DNA of 64,000 nucleotides from Octopus vulgaris (lineage: Eukaryota). Position numbers and translations under genes: made by a program. Positions 41,483-55,754 of this stretch are shown here, piece by piece; positions within the stretch are counted from its first letter, which is position 1, and each line of letters opens with the position of its first letter. The stretch lies in assembly GCA_951406725.2 (NCBI GenBank), contig OX597816.1, positions 110,980,001 through 111,044,000 on the forward strand, given 5' to 3'. The notes under the pieces are model-generated. The model did not search any database, was not told the DNA's origin, and worked only from the letters and a program-made list of their open reading frames with translations.

Positions 41483-43629
41483 CTTATATAATTCTTTGTC
41501 TTACTCAACATAAGCGATTTGTGTTTTACTTAAATATGGTACATGTATTTGTTCGAATATCTTGGCTTATCTAAATGCTCAAACTTATTCAGATTGACAA
41601 TCTATATATTTTTTGTTACACTTCTGTGTTCAATGCTTTTGTCATTCTTCAACTTTGCTTGAAGAAACCTCTATAGTAGACTAACAAATTGAATAGTAAT
41701 CTGACCTTGTCCTCTCTTTATAACACATGTAATCTCAGTGGTTTAGGATAAAAAATATATAATCCTCAGCGTAACGAAATGTCTAAATTTATATTGACAA
41801 GATCGGGCAGTAGCTTCTTTTGTATTTTAATTCTGAATGTGAGCAACGACCCATTATAATTGCAAAAGCTGGTATATTGCATTGAAGGTTTTCCTTGTGG
41901 TTTCACAATTTACCATATTTCTCCTTACTTTTTTCTACTTGAGTTTTGTGTAATAAATATTTCTACTCCATGACGGCAGGGAAATGTGCCAGGCTTTCAA
42001 TAAATGGCTTAGATACTTGCCGACATTATATTAAATATCTCTTTCTATTAAGCCGCATTTATTTATTTATTTATGTTTTGCGTTCATTATCATTTTGGTT
42101 GTTGCTTGAGAAGGAAGTGCTGCAGGAAAGGCACCGATGTAATTATTTTAGCTATAACTGAGATGAACAGGGAAAATTGTAGGAGATAGATGTTAGAACG
42201 CTGCAAGCTATAATGGAGAGAGGAAGTTAATTTTTTCTTCTTTCTTTCTCCTGTTTTGTAGAATAAGTGGATGCTGAAGTGGCGAAAGGTTACAAAAGAA
42301 AAATTGGTGGCTATGAACAGAAAATTAAAGAAATCTGAAGAGAACATTAAATCTGGTGATTAAAAGACCCATTAATTCTTCAACAGACGGAGACCGATGC
42401 TTATCAAAGCGAAGGCTTAAATGAACAGAACGTAGCGGAAATGTATCTATTAGAGCTAATCTAAAGATAATAGTTAAACCTTATGAGTGAAAATCTTTAT
42501 GAAACTAGAAGTCATTTGTTACGAAATTGGTGAAATGTCAGAATTCGCAACCTGATTAACAATTATATGAAGGCGATACTTGAGAAACTTAAAGCAAAAA
42601 CTTCAAATCGAAGGTTTTTCCTCAAAATTTATGTACTAGAAATTAAATTTAAGAATAGACAAAAGAAATTTAACAAATGCAAAGTACTTAAAAGTTTAAA
42701 AGATTAATCATTCTATCCGGCAAGAAACTGATAATGTAACCGATGAGAAGGTAACACATGATTGATGCACAAACGAAACGCTTAATCTTGAATTTTAAAA
42801 TAACTTGTGATTATGTAATTCGATTCCCACTTGGTTTCCAAATTAGATTATATATTTCGTACCCAAGTATTTTCCGGGTGTTTTCGTTATTAAAATTTTA
42901 TGTAGGTTATAAGTAAATTATATATTTTATGAAATCATTATAAAATGATATATAATTAATCTGAAAATCAAAAGACCACGGGAAATATTAGAATACAGAT
43001 AGTTGCCTCCAACTGAACATATAACGACTTCACGAGTAAAGACAGCAACCAAAATCATGTCCATGGGCTTCACAAAAAGTAACCGAAATGGACAAATTTT
43101 CAGAGCAGAAATCTTAGACTCGTAAAAGTGTCAGCCCCACTAAACACTATCCAGAACTAAACGATTGTATTAAACTGATGACAGATTAACTTTACCACTC
43201 AAGAATAAAATTAGTTTATCTAATTTCAATCATGATTTGTCTCAATTTGTTGATATCTTAATATGCCGTGCAGTTAATTCGGACTACGTCTAATAACCAC
43301 ATGAAAACATTGTAGTTATGAAAAAGACAATCTGGAAATTGTATTGGGAAATAGTTTGTTACATCCCAATCTCATAAATTCACATTTCTTCATGCCATAT
43401 AATCATAACGAAAGAAATGCTTCCCATGGACCGTTCCTGGATCTTGAATTGGGAAATGGCATTTATGGACCGATGCAAGTTGTGATTATTTGCATCTAAA
43501 TACTGAGTGTGATCTAGTTCAAAACCACACAAAATCTAGAATTTATTCCCACAAGCTGCTCATAGTTGTTAATTATATATTAAGATTGCAATAATTAATT
43601 AATTGGTTCACCTGTTATTTAAAGAATGG

Positions 43630-43699
43630 TTGATTAGGGCACATCATAATTAAGAATATATATATATATATATTCTTAATTATGATGTGCCCTAATCAA
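43630..43699. repeat. perfect 70-bp palindrome centred on (TA)8
   Basis: TTGATTAGGGCACATCATAATTAAGAA-(TA)8-TTCTTAATTATGATGTGCCCTAATCAA. Confidence 0.98.
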
Positions 43700-44444
43700 A
43701 ACTTCTTGTGTATGTATGTATGTATAAGTTATGTGTCTGCCTTTTGGTGAGTTGACTAACATCAAGTTCTTTCGTCTCCACCTCAACATATCTATTTTGC
43801 AGTTGTGTATATACGTATTAGCAACATTCACTTTATAATTATCAATATGTGCTTCATGTAATAGTTGTGCATTAAAAAAGGCTTATATTTAGAGGTCATT
43901 TTCGAGCACCTTTACTTTATCACAAAAGTTAAGGAAATTCCCACAAGCAACAAGAAAAAGCAATACGTTACAGGGACCAGAATCATTTTTTCTTTCACTA
44001 TATTCATCATATGTCGGGCCTTGTGCCTAGAGTAGAAAAGTATATTCATCTTATCGCCATTTTTCACAACTACGTATTTATAGAAGTAATATTGTTTGAT
44101 ACTAAACTTAAAATAATAAATCAATAAAGGATTAATGACAATTGATTTCCCAAAGAGGAGTAAATCAAAAGCCACTGTCATTTTTCGATTCCATTTTGTT
44201 TTACTTCCTTGTAAGTAATGCATTTTATCTATTAGTTATGTTTTGAAAATAAATTTCTTACTTTAAATTAAGTTCATTTCAAAAATTAATTTAGCAGTGG
44301 TATGACTAGAGGTTGCATCAGTTGACCTTAATGTAAGTGGAAGCATAATAAGAAAACATAAATAGGTTATAGAAACTATTTCAGCAAAACCGAACGTGTC
44401 TTCACTCGTGTCTCGAAGGATAATTTAAGTATGTACATATGTAT

Positions 44445-44582
<138 letters not shown>

Positions 44583-44849
44583 ATTTATTAGTGGGGGCGA
44601 GGGTAATAATGTTCCTCTGTGTTTTTGTTTTTGCATTTGTATAACCGCTGGAAAACCGGTGTTTTTCGATTATGTTTTTGTACTTTGAGCGGTTCGAGAA
44701 AAAGATGCAATAGAAGTTAAAGACTCAAAATATATACCGAGGTTGATGGATCGACTAGAGCCTTGCAGAAGATTTCTAAGAATGACCGCAGCCCAATGTG
44801 TGAAACAAAAAAGATAAAAGAAATCTTGAGACAGACTCTGTATTTTTTG

Positions 44850-45030
44850 AGGGGAAGGGCAAATCAATTACATCAACCCAAGTACTTCACTGCTACTTAT
44901 TTTTTTAGAATACAAATGGTTGGAATTCAAAGTCAGCGTGGACGGAATTTGAACTCAGAACGTAAAAACGGAGCAAATGCCTCTAATCACTTTTGTCCGA
45001 CATGCTAAAAATTCTACCGACCCACCGCTT
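44850..45030 (-). mobile_element. SINE family B
   Basis: Minus strand: GGTAGAAT.TTAGCA head, B box GAGTTCAAATTCC, AAAATAAGTA..AGT..AGTACT.GGG; similar to 59905-60085. Confidence 0.65.
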
Positions 45031-45460
45031 TTGCATCGAGTGATATAAAGTGTAAAGGACTATAAATGTAACTAAAAACATTATAATCTTTAGGTGGGAT
45101 GAAGCTTATAGCTTTCGAGTTGTCCTCTGTACTGGATGACTGCAGTTTATAGTTCATTAACTGTTATCAAGCTCTGATTAACCCAGTAATTTTGCCAAGT
45201 AATGATATTTAAGTTAAACCTGTTTAAGCTGATTTGCACATTGGTATTAGTTTCGCAGCTATTATAAATTATTTACAGACTAATACCGTATTAACTCTAA
45301 AAGTTTCAACACAAAATGACACCTCATAGAGTAACAGTAAGATTTACGAAAATCTGATGACGATTAACAAACTCAAACCTCAGTTACTCGATTTCCAGTA
45401 TCATTTTACTGATAAATTCCTGTATATTACCGAGATTCATTCAGCAGAAGCCTATTTCTT

Positions 45461-45536
<76 letters not shown>

Positions 45537-45584
45537 CATATCTATCTATCTATCTCTGCATATATACGTATATGTGTGAGTGTT

Positions 45585-45619
<35 letters not shown>

Positions 45620-45704
45620 ATGTGTGTGTGTATAAGGGTTTTTTCTCCCTTTCTCCCTCTCTCTCTCTCACTCTCTCTCTCTCTTCATATATATATATAT
45701 AAAG

Positions 45705-45872
45705 ATGTGGTGAAAGTGTGCAGCAGGTTTCGCCACCACATCCTGCTGAAGCCTCGTGGGGCTTTAGGTGTTTTCGCTCAATAAACACTCACAATGGCTG
45801 GTCTGGGAATCGAAACCCCGATCCGACGCCCGCGAGTCAGCTGTTCTAATCCCTGGGCCATTGCACCTCCGC
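45705..45872 (-). mobile_element. SINE family C, 5' part
   Basis: Minus: GGTGCAATGGCCCAGGGATTAG (A box) and GTTTCGATTCC (B box); body matches 46041-46150 in inverted orientation. Confidence 0.75.
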
Positions 45873-45892
45873 ATATATACATACATATAGAA

Positions 45893-46040
45893 TGTGTCGG
45901 GTTCATTCCCACTACGTAGCACCTTGGGAAAGTGTCTTTTACTATAGCCACGGGCCGACCAAAGCCTTGTGAATGGATTTGGTAAACGGAAACTGAAAGA
46001 AACCCGTTGTATATATGAATATATATATTTGTATGTGTGT
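45893..46040 (+). mobile_element. SINE family A, B box plus CORE-like fragment
   Basis: GGGTTCATTCCCACT...CACCTTGGGAAAGTGTCTT...GGCCGACCAAAGCCTTGTGA. Confidence 0.8.
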
Positions 46041-46363
46041 TTCAATTCTCAGACCAGCCGTTGTGACTGTTTATTGAGCGAAAATACCTAAAGCTCTACG
46101 AGACTCCGGCAGGGAATGGTGGCGAAACCTGCTGTACACTTTCACCACATATATCTCTCACCTTTTCTTCCTGTTCCTGTTGTACCTGTATTTCAAAGGG
46201 CCAGTTTTATCACTCTGTGGGGTCACGCTGAATCTCCCCGAGAACTACGTTAAAGGTACACGTCTCTGTGAAGTCCTCAGCCACTTGTACGTTAATTTCA
46301 CGAGCAGGCTGTTCCGTTGATCGGATCAACTGGAACCCTCATCGTCGTAACTGACGGACTGCC
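46041..46363 (+). mobile_element. SINE family C, 5'-truncated
   Basis: Starts in the B box (TTCAATTCTCAGACCAGCC); homologous to 45705-45812; ends at (TA)n. Confidence 0.72.
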
Positions 46364-47827
46364 ATGATATATATCTATATATATATATATGCGAGTGAGT
46401 GTGTGTGTGTGTGTGTATGTATGCATATATATGTATGTGCATATAGGTTTATATGTGCGCATGTATTTGTACATGAACAACTGTCTTAACAGAAGTATTA
46501 AGCAATTTCAAAACAAAATATAAAGTGGTCTTGAGGCTGGTTAATCAACCGAAAGACGTACGCTTTCAACCAAACGACAAAAAAGGTGAAGAGCTTTAAA
46601 CTAGCTAATGTGTAAAACGAAGTAATAAGCTTCCCACAGCGTGTGGCTCTTATAAATAACATTGTAGTGTAGAATTCGAATGAGATACATGCTTTATAGT
46701 ATATACAAAATTCAGCAAAGCATATGGCCACATAGTTATGTAAAAAATTTCAAATGTTAACAATTACGAGTGCAAGCACAATAAGGCCTTATTCACAAAC
46801 AAAGATTCCATTTGGCTGTGTTGGATCCTTTGTTTTGTGAACGTTTTTTAACAGAATACTATTGAATATTCGAACGTGCTACATGACGCTCATTTTTTGT
46901 CTCGGTTGGATTTTTCAGTAGTAAAGTTTAGTGCGTTGCACCACTTGTCATCAGATGTCCAATATGTGAATATCTGTTTCACTTCATCCTTGGTGCACTT
47001 GAAATAATAAGTATCGTGGACAGTATCTAGTAGTGGGATCAAACACTGAGAAAAATAGAAATAAAGCTTACTGTAAAAATGCTTATGAAATACATTATCT
47101 TTGGGGTTTTTAGTGCGCTTTCAGCAGATGTTTCTTCTGTGAAAATCATATTAAAATTTATAAATATTTATCCATTTGGTAGGTCTAAAAATTACTTTTT
47201 CTTAAAGATTAAAAAAACAAAAAACTTAGTTGCCAAGAGGTGTTACGAAATGAGAACGTTTTTTATTTATTTATTTATTTATTTATTGCAGTAGTTGATG
47301 TGGAATACTTTTTCAGATATATCAAATCCTTAGTGATTTTTTTACAATTCATGATCTCTTTATTATCTGTCTCAGACTAGCAAATAATGCAATACGCAAC
47401 AGTTTGCCAAATTAAATCTCCTATGATCATCATGGTCGTCGATATAATAATCAATGTCTTCATTATTACGTCACCACCGTCATAGTTACCAGGAGCAGCA
47501 TTGTCCTAAAGAAATACTTTAGACGGCAGCAGATAGCTTTCATGAGAAGAATATTTTCACGTTATAAAACTAAAACGTCGTAGTTCCTCTCTTTTTTTTT
47601 CTTTTAGCATTCTGTTGTTTTGTGTTTCAGCATCTTTTCTAATTATGTAAATAAGCTTCTCTAAATAATATTTACTTTCTGACAGATTAATCTGCGGGAA
47701 AATAAAAGTCATGCAACATGTTTATTTTGATACCCTTAGAGAAGTAATAATATAAATGTCAACATTCCTGCAAACATGTCGTATAATAACAATACTGAAA
47801 ATAATAATGATAATATCAACTATGAAA

Positions 47828-48118
<291 letters not shown>

Positions 48119-50529
48119 CATATATCTTCTGGCAAACATGATTCCTAGCTAAAATAACCCACAATGACATTAAAAATATATTCAACTAGTAACGTTTCTT
48201 GTTTTTTTTTTTTATTACAGAATCCACTACAATCTACAACATGTTTATTTCTTTACTATTGCTGTTTTTGTTTTAAATATTATCATCTTTAGTGTTGTAT
48301 TTTGCATTGTTTGCTAGTTAGTCGAAATACTTTTATTATCAATATAAATACCTCTCGTTATTGTTCGCCATTGAAGCAGAAAACTAGGAAAATAACAAAG
48401 AACTAGCTGTTGTCACTAATCTCATTTAAAAATTCATAAATCCAAACTGATATAAGATAAACAATAATTTTGAGAATGGATTGCTAAATCAGTTTTATAA
48501 TTAAAATCAATGTTTCATTTCACACAGAAACATATTACTTACGTCTGAATCAAAAGCATATTAAGCATGATAAATAGGAAACGTGTATGAAATATATCTT
48601 GATATAGCTGGAACAATAGACATGAGCTCCAAACCTTTGGAATATTTTGGCGTGCTTGCTTTTTTAAAGATATTTACTTATTAATTAATTTATTCCTTTT
48701 CATATTTACATTCGGCTCATGATATGTTTCTAGCAATTCAAAAAAAATGAACAATTAGTTGTATTCTAAAGAACATATTCGTTTTCACTGAATAATAGAT
48801 TTCTCCAAGACAGCCAGCACGCTTCTCTTTATATTAGGTTTATAAGGTATATGTTACTGCATGACGTACAGTATGAATTCATGATTTAGTACAAAAGTAG
48901 TCCTGAGGACACAGACAGCAAATATCGGAAATGAATATTAGAAACCTGTATTAAAAAAGTTCCATAATACGCTGTGTTATAGGGATAACATTTGCATGCG
49001 TTTATTTTTCCAGTTTGCATATCTAGGTTATGGATACTATACAGATAACAGCAATCAATAAATATAGTTCTTATAAGTATATTTTTGATATATCAGACCG
49101 GAGCGAAGCCATTATATATCCTTGCACCAGCAATGTGGCACCACATTTCAAATATAGATATGTTCTGCTAAACAGGATTACTCGTATACACTTCAGGAGT
49201 ATCAAGTCTTCGGTTGCTACACAACAGTCTGTCTGGTTCATTTGACCCTAATTAATCTCATGTAGGCCATTATCCTCCAAGCTACACTTACTGAAATGTT
49301 TTATATCAATATTGCAATCTAACCCTATCAGCCAGTTAATTTTGTTGTAGTGTTGCATTTGATTGAAGTGAGTTTTATAGCTGTTATTGTTTAACACCGG
49401 GTCATCACCTATTGAACAGATATCGGTGGATACCTTGTTCTAATCAAATGCATTTAAACAGCATCTTGTCTTTTTATGCATATTTAAAATTACATTATCT
49501 TTTTTTCTTTCGTAAGGCAACAGAGTCTGATTTGAAACAAAATCGGTATGTATTTCTTTTCCAGATTGAGCACCCAGACTGTGGTTTCATCAAAGGCTAA
49601 ATTAGTCAGCTATATGAAATCAGTAAATGTTTTAGCCACAGAAAAAATACAATGCCAGTGGAGTTGTGTTTGTTATCGGGAATTCACATACCAGTTCTGT
49701 GTTCAATAGCGTCGCGCCGATACCCATCTTGTCTCGTCTTCGTATGTATTATATACAGTTTCCATTATTGGCACCAAGTCACCTGCAAATATATGATAGC
49801 CTCAATATGTAAAACCAGAAATATATTAACATAACGTGATGTAATTTGTTTCTAAGTGCATTTATGTAATATGAATTGATTAAAAACCATGTGTAACATA
49901 TATTTAAAATTTAATGTCTGATATTTTTATCATGAATGTTGCATAGCAAACATTTACTTCATACGTAAGTCAATTCAGAAGATGTACTAATTTCATTATA
50001 GAATAGTTGGAGCCATCATTGCTTTACCGTGCTTATTGTTGTTGTTCAAGTCTCTTCTAGCAGACCTAAGTTCAATGGCATTTTTGATAAGACCAACCAG
50101 AATTTTGTAAATAAAGGAATTCATAGGCCACTATTTTTAGTCAGTATAGTGATGGTATAATCTCTCTCAAGAGAGAATTGTCTACTATTTTTGGCATGTC
50201 AAATGAATATTTCACGCTAAATTTTTGGCATCAAATTTTTTGAATAGTTGTCAGAGAGTACCTGTAGATATATGCTTGTAAATGTGATCCTTCTTAATAT
50301 ATACAAATATATATACACGAAGTGCAGTGAATATATTGTCGTCTAAAATACGTAAAAAGAAAAATAACACTGACATATTTTAACAGATATATTTATCAAA
50401 ATTACATAAAAATAACTTGAAATACTAATGAGTAAATTGCTTCAATAAAATCGCCATAGCAGATATGGGTGTGAGCTGTGTTCTATGGAAACATGAAATT
50501 GTTAAGCACAAAGATAAAGGCAACCTACA

Positions 50530-51245
50530 ATCACACAGCCCCACGCACACACATACACACACGCTCATATACACATATACGCAAACATACACGCACACAC
50601 AGGAATGCAGATATACTTCACATATGCCTCGCACGCACACCACACACTCACACAACACGTAATACATGCATGTGCACACACACATGTACGCACATGCACA
50701 CGCACATGCACACGCACACATACACACACACATACATAAATGCATACACACATGCGAACGCGCACACATTCACAGAAATGCACATATTCTTAACACACTC
50801 AACCTTACGCGCACGCACATAAGCACACCTACACACACACACACGCTCACATACACGCACATTCACACACGCATATGCATACACGCACAGGAACGCACAT
50901 ATACCTCTACACACAATCCCACGTATACACACATATGTACACACGCGCACACACACGCACACACACGAACACATACATATGCACATGCACACACATATGT
51001 ACATGCACACACATACACACACATACACACGCACAATCACGCACACACACGCACATGCACGCACGAACACACAGGAACGCAGTTATAACTCCACACACAC
51101 AGCCCCACACACAAACTAACGCACACACACACACGCACATACACAAATGTACACACACACATGCACACACATAGACACATTACACAAAAACAGCACACAC
51201 CATATACATACACGCACACACATACATACACACGTACACACATAC
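50530..51245. repeat. long cryptic (CA)-rich simple repeat
   Basis: About 700 bp of degenerate CA/CG/TA alternation; source of the HT/CV ORFs. Confidence 0.95.
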
Positions 51246-51574
51246 TTCAAACTGCCAGTCAAACACCTTTCTACTGACCATTCCTCTACGCACATGAGAA
51301 GAGACAGACAACTACACAAAGAACCACCACTCCTGTTACCATGCTGCTGAATTCTTCCTACATTAACAGACACACATTTCATTCACACTTACACATATAA
51401 ACAGCCAACACCACACAACACACACACACACACAACACACACACTGACATGGGTGCGTGCACATACCCACACATACCTCCTTCTCTTACACTCTTCTGTC
51501 TTAGAAAGAATTTTCTCTTCACCCATTCTCTTACGGTAATTTCAAAATGTAAACACATTTTTCTTTTATATTTT

Positions 51575-51972
51575 CTTTTTATTTGTTTCAGTCATTTGAC
51601 AGCGGCACTGCCTTTAGTCGAACAAATCGACCCCAGGACTTATTCTTTGTTAGCCTAGTACTTATTCTATCGGTCTCTTTTCCCGAACCTCTAAGTTACG
51701 GGTACGTAAACACACCAGCATCGGTTGTCAAGCGATGTTGGTGGGATAATCACACAAACACACACAAACACAGTCACAAACACAAACACACGCACACACA
51801 TGTATATATACATATGACGGGCTTCTTTCAGTTTCCGTTTACCAAATCAAGTCACAAGGCTTTGGTCAGCCCGAGGCTATAGAACAACACACTTGCCCAA
51901 GGTGCAACGCAGTGGGACTGAACCCGGAACCATGTGGTTGGTAAGCAAGCTACTTACCACACAGTTGCTCCT
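51575..51972 (-). mobile_element. SINE family A, best-preserved copy (tRNA-derived, CORE-like; resembles octopus OR-type SINEs)
   Basis: Minus: CTGTGTGGTAAG A box, GGTTCAGTCCC B box, CACCTTGGGCAAGTG CORE-like motif, internal (TG)n, tail GACTGAAACAAATAAAAGA. The family name is from recall, not a search. Confidence 0.88.
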
Positions 51973-52035
51973 ACTAATCCCGTGATTCATTGGCTATTTT
52001 TTTCCTCCGTCTTCCTTTTCTATTGGACTTCCTCT

Positions 52036-52070
52036 GTTTCTGAAAAAGAGCTTTGCTCGAAACGTTAAAC
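52036..52070 (+). ncRNA. very compact type-I hammerhead motif
   Basis: GTTT-CTGAAAA-A-GAGC-TTT-GCTC-GAAAC-GTT-AAAC; stems I and II intact, conserved core G changed to A. Confidence 0.7.
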
Positions 52071-52343
52071 TATCTGTCTTTCCTCCTCTTTTCCCTGAGC
52101 GTCTGCTAATACTTGACATGTACCACGTCCTTACGTTGTTGTTGTTTTGTGTTTGTTCTTCGTTTATTGGATTTACTATATATATGTGTGTGTGTATGTA
52201 TGTATATATGCTAGCCGGTAGGGATTCCACTTATGTAGATACTCTAACATCAATTTGGATTACTTTTTTACATTTCATTCGAGTCAACTATTCTGTTTCA
52301 GTGCACCGCTTCTTAGTATAACAGCAAATATATATACATGTAA

Positions 52344-52632
52344 AATGATCTGGGGAGCTATATCTTGGAAATCCGCCGGCTCAATGGTTTCCCTTCATGG
52401 TAGAATTAATAGTCACGACTATTTAAGCATTTTATCTGATCAAATTCATCCTATGGTTGTGGAACTGTTTCCGGAGGGAAACGCAATTTTTCAGGATTAT
52501 AATGCACCAATTCTCACAGCTAAAGTTGTTACTGAATGGCACGAGGAACATTCTATTGAAGTTGAACATCTTATATGGCCAACACAGTCTCCAGATCTCA
52601 GCATTATTGAACATTTATAGTGCATTTTAGAA
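52344..52632 (+). pseudogene. Tc1-like (DD34E-type) transposase fragment
   Basis: MIWGAISW...IFQDYNAP...WPTQSPDLSIIEHL. Confidence 0.88.
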
Positions 52633-52771
52633 ATAAGCACTTATAGAGCGATTGTCTCACCTGTAATAAATGGAAGCGTGCTTCCTTGCAGTTCAAAGTG
52701 TTTTAACTCTTACTTATTTCTAGCAATATAGGTCCTACCCACCACCCTCAGTCGAAATTAGGGAGGATTGC

Positions 52772-52802
<31 letters not shown>

Positions 52803-54059
52803 TCTAGATGACAACTGTCTGGCGTAAGGGAATGTGAAAATCCGAGTAACACTCTTGTTATATAAAAAATATTTTTATGCATTGGTGTACATTTAAACTA
52901 ATTAAATATTATTTTACAGAATAATATTATTAAAATTCCTTTGATTAAAACCCTTTCTAACATGGAAGTATCCAAAGACCATTTGAGGCACATAATACTT
53001 TATGAGTACGAAAAAGGAAACCATGCAGCCGAAGCGACTCGAAACATACACTCAGTTTATAGGAAAGAATGCTTGAATGATAGAACTTGCAGAAGACGGT
53101 TTGCGAAATTCAGAAGTGGAGATTTCAGCCTTGAAAGTGAAGGTCGGACAGGACGTCCAGTTGATTTTGATGATATGCTCCTTGATGCATTAACTGAAGA
53201 AAATCCTGCATTATCAGTTGAAGAATTGGCAATAAAGCTTAGTTGAAACCATACAGCAGTTATATCGTCATCTTCAACAACTTGGGAAGGTTCCTAACCA
53301 TGGAAAATGTGTGCCTCATGAATTATCCGAAAGCGAACGCAAATCCCGAGTTGACATTTTCTCTTCTCTCCATTCTCATGAACTAATTTCACCCTTTTTG
53401 GATATACTTATGACTGGTAACGAAAAATGGATCTTCTATCGATAGGTTAAACGTCGTAAACAGTAGCTTGGTAAAAGGGAAAAAGCCTAAACACAACCGA
53501 GAAGGGAACTTCATGGGAAAAAGGTTCTTCTCTTTATCTGGTGGGATTCCAAAGGAGTAATGCACTTTGAATTGTTACCACCTAATGCAAGAATAAATGC
53601 TCAAGTCTACTGTCAGCAATTCGTGCCTTTGTACCAAGCTTTGAAGAAAAAAACCCGCTTTAGTGAATCGAAAATGAGTGATGTTTCATCAGGACAATGT
53701 GTGACCCCACACTGCAAAGATCACATCACAGAAGATCGAAGAGCTTGGTTGGAAAAGAAATTCCTCATCCAGCTTATTCTCTTGACCTTGCTCCTTCAGA
53801 TTACCATTTGTTTCGTAGTTTACAGAATCATTTGGGGACATAACTTTCGCAAGCCAGGAGAAGGTTGAAACTGACATTTTAGAGTTCTTCGCTTTGAAAC
53901 CAAAAGGGTTTTACCTTTATGGGATTAAAAAGCTTGTAACTAGATGGAAAGAAGTCATAGATAATCGTGGAAGGTACATTGATGGTTAAATTTCAATTAA
54001 ATATAACATTTGATCACTTGTCTTCTTTATTCAAAATTTGGACAGAACATATGGGATAA

Positions 54060-54063
<4 letters not shown>
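52803..54063 (+). mobile_element. degenerate mariner (DD34D-type) transposon, transposase 52962-53989
   Basis: HTH N-terminus, RTGRP, VPHEL, TGNEKW, IWWD, HQDN, HPAYSLDLAPSDYHLF across frameshifts; right TIR-like GGACAGAACATATGGGATAACCATA; left TIR not found. Confidence 0.93.
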
Positions 54064-54132
<69 letters not shown>

Positions 54133-54266
54133 GATCAACTTTACTAAAAATATGACGACAATGATGATGTATTTCCGCAAATATGTGTAAATAAATTTGT
54201 ATGCATATATAAACACGTCTATGTAAGTCAATAGCATACTATCTTGCTGTCTAGGTAGATAGGTGT

Positions 54267-54347
<81 letters not shown>

Positions 54348-54421
54348 CATGCATATAACATACACGTAAACACACACACACACATACTCACGCACGCACA
54401 CACACACACACACACACACAT

Positions 54422-54456
<35 letters not shown>
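54062..54456. repeat. (TA)n, (TAGA)n and (CA)n microsatellite cluster
   Basis: Direct inspection. Confidence 0.95.
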
Positions 54457-55547
54457 ATGATTGTATGAGACTTGGCATTGAAAGAAACAAGAGAAAATAC
54501 GGAAAATGTAAATATGCGTCTTCCATTAAAACATCATCTATGTAAAGTGCAACTGGGAATTAAACCCATTATATAGAACAAGACAAAATTTCATTACTGG
54601 CGAAAAAATGAAGCGCTGAAGTCCCGTGTGTAATTTTGTAATAGTACGTACTTTTAGAAGAATGATAAAAATAACTAACTATGGCTTGTCTCTTGTTTCT
54701 CCTCTTTCTGTAGAATTGTTCTGCTCATCTAATTGTACCTACTGAAGCTTTAAATACCATAATATTTCTGACAATTGACATATTTCCTCGCTGTTTGTTT
54801 TATTTGTTTATTGTTCAATATTATTTCCTGTGAGCTAATTAATATGTAATTAATTATGGCTTTTAGTTGAATGCCGGAAACAATATTACGCTATGTGGAT
54901 CATTTTTTTTTTTTAATTTTGAAGCATCCCTCAGTCACAACGATGTGAATATCTACTTTTTTTTTCTATAATAACGGATAGTAATATATAGATATTAGCA
55001 TTTGTTTATATTGCCATTATATAGATTTCAAATGAAAAATTCTTAATCTGAAAATGATTATCATCTAATTCTGTAATAACTCAGAATTAATTTGACTTTC
55101 AAATATAATGCTACTGTTCTTTAGTTTCAGTTGAACTCCGCTTGCGCAGAAATATAGCCAAATACTTTTCTAGCCCCGAAAACATACTTAGAGTAGCCAA
55201 AGTTGTTTCTTTTTATTCAAGTAGAAATGAATAAATCTGTTCTAATCTGTTTCATATTAGTTAATATTACGCAGCAGACCAAACCATTTTCTATTTCACT
55301 TTAAAGCAATCTCACTGCACTTTATGTTATTTAATTCTCTAGAGTTCAAATATTACATGTATATGCGTCCTGTAAGATATTTAAGCAAAAATAAAAGAAT
55401 AAAATAAAAGAAAATAAAAATCAAAGCAAAATCATACAAACTTTAAAGGTCCTTAATATTGAACAATTTTGAATAGTATTAGCTATTTTTCATTGTAGAC
55501 AAGTTTTAAAAAATGATTTGTAAAATGTTCCCAGATAGATTATGCCT

Positions 55548-55569
55548 TTTCAATCCTTGGTATGTAATT

Positions 55570-55625
<56 letters not shown>

Positions 55626-55648
55626 CAATTACATACCAAGGATTGAAA
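55548..55648. repeat. palindrome with 25-bp arms around (TA)n
   Basis: TTTCAATCCTTGGTATGTAATTGTT-(TA)n-AACAATTACATACCAAGGATTGAAA. Confidence 0.98.
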
Positions 55649-55721
55649 TATATATATATATATATATATTGAAATATATAGGATTGAAATATATATAAAG
55701 GATTGAAAACTAAGGATTGAA

Positions 55722-55754
<33 letters not shown>

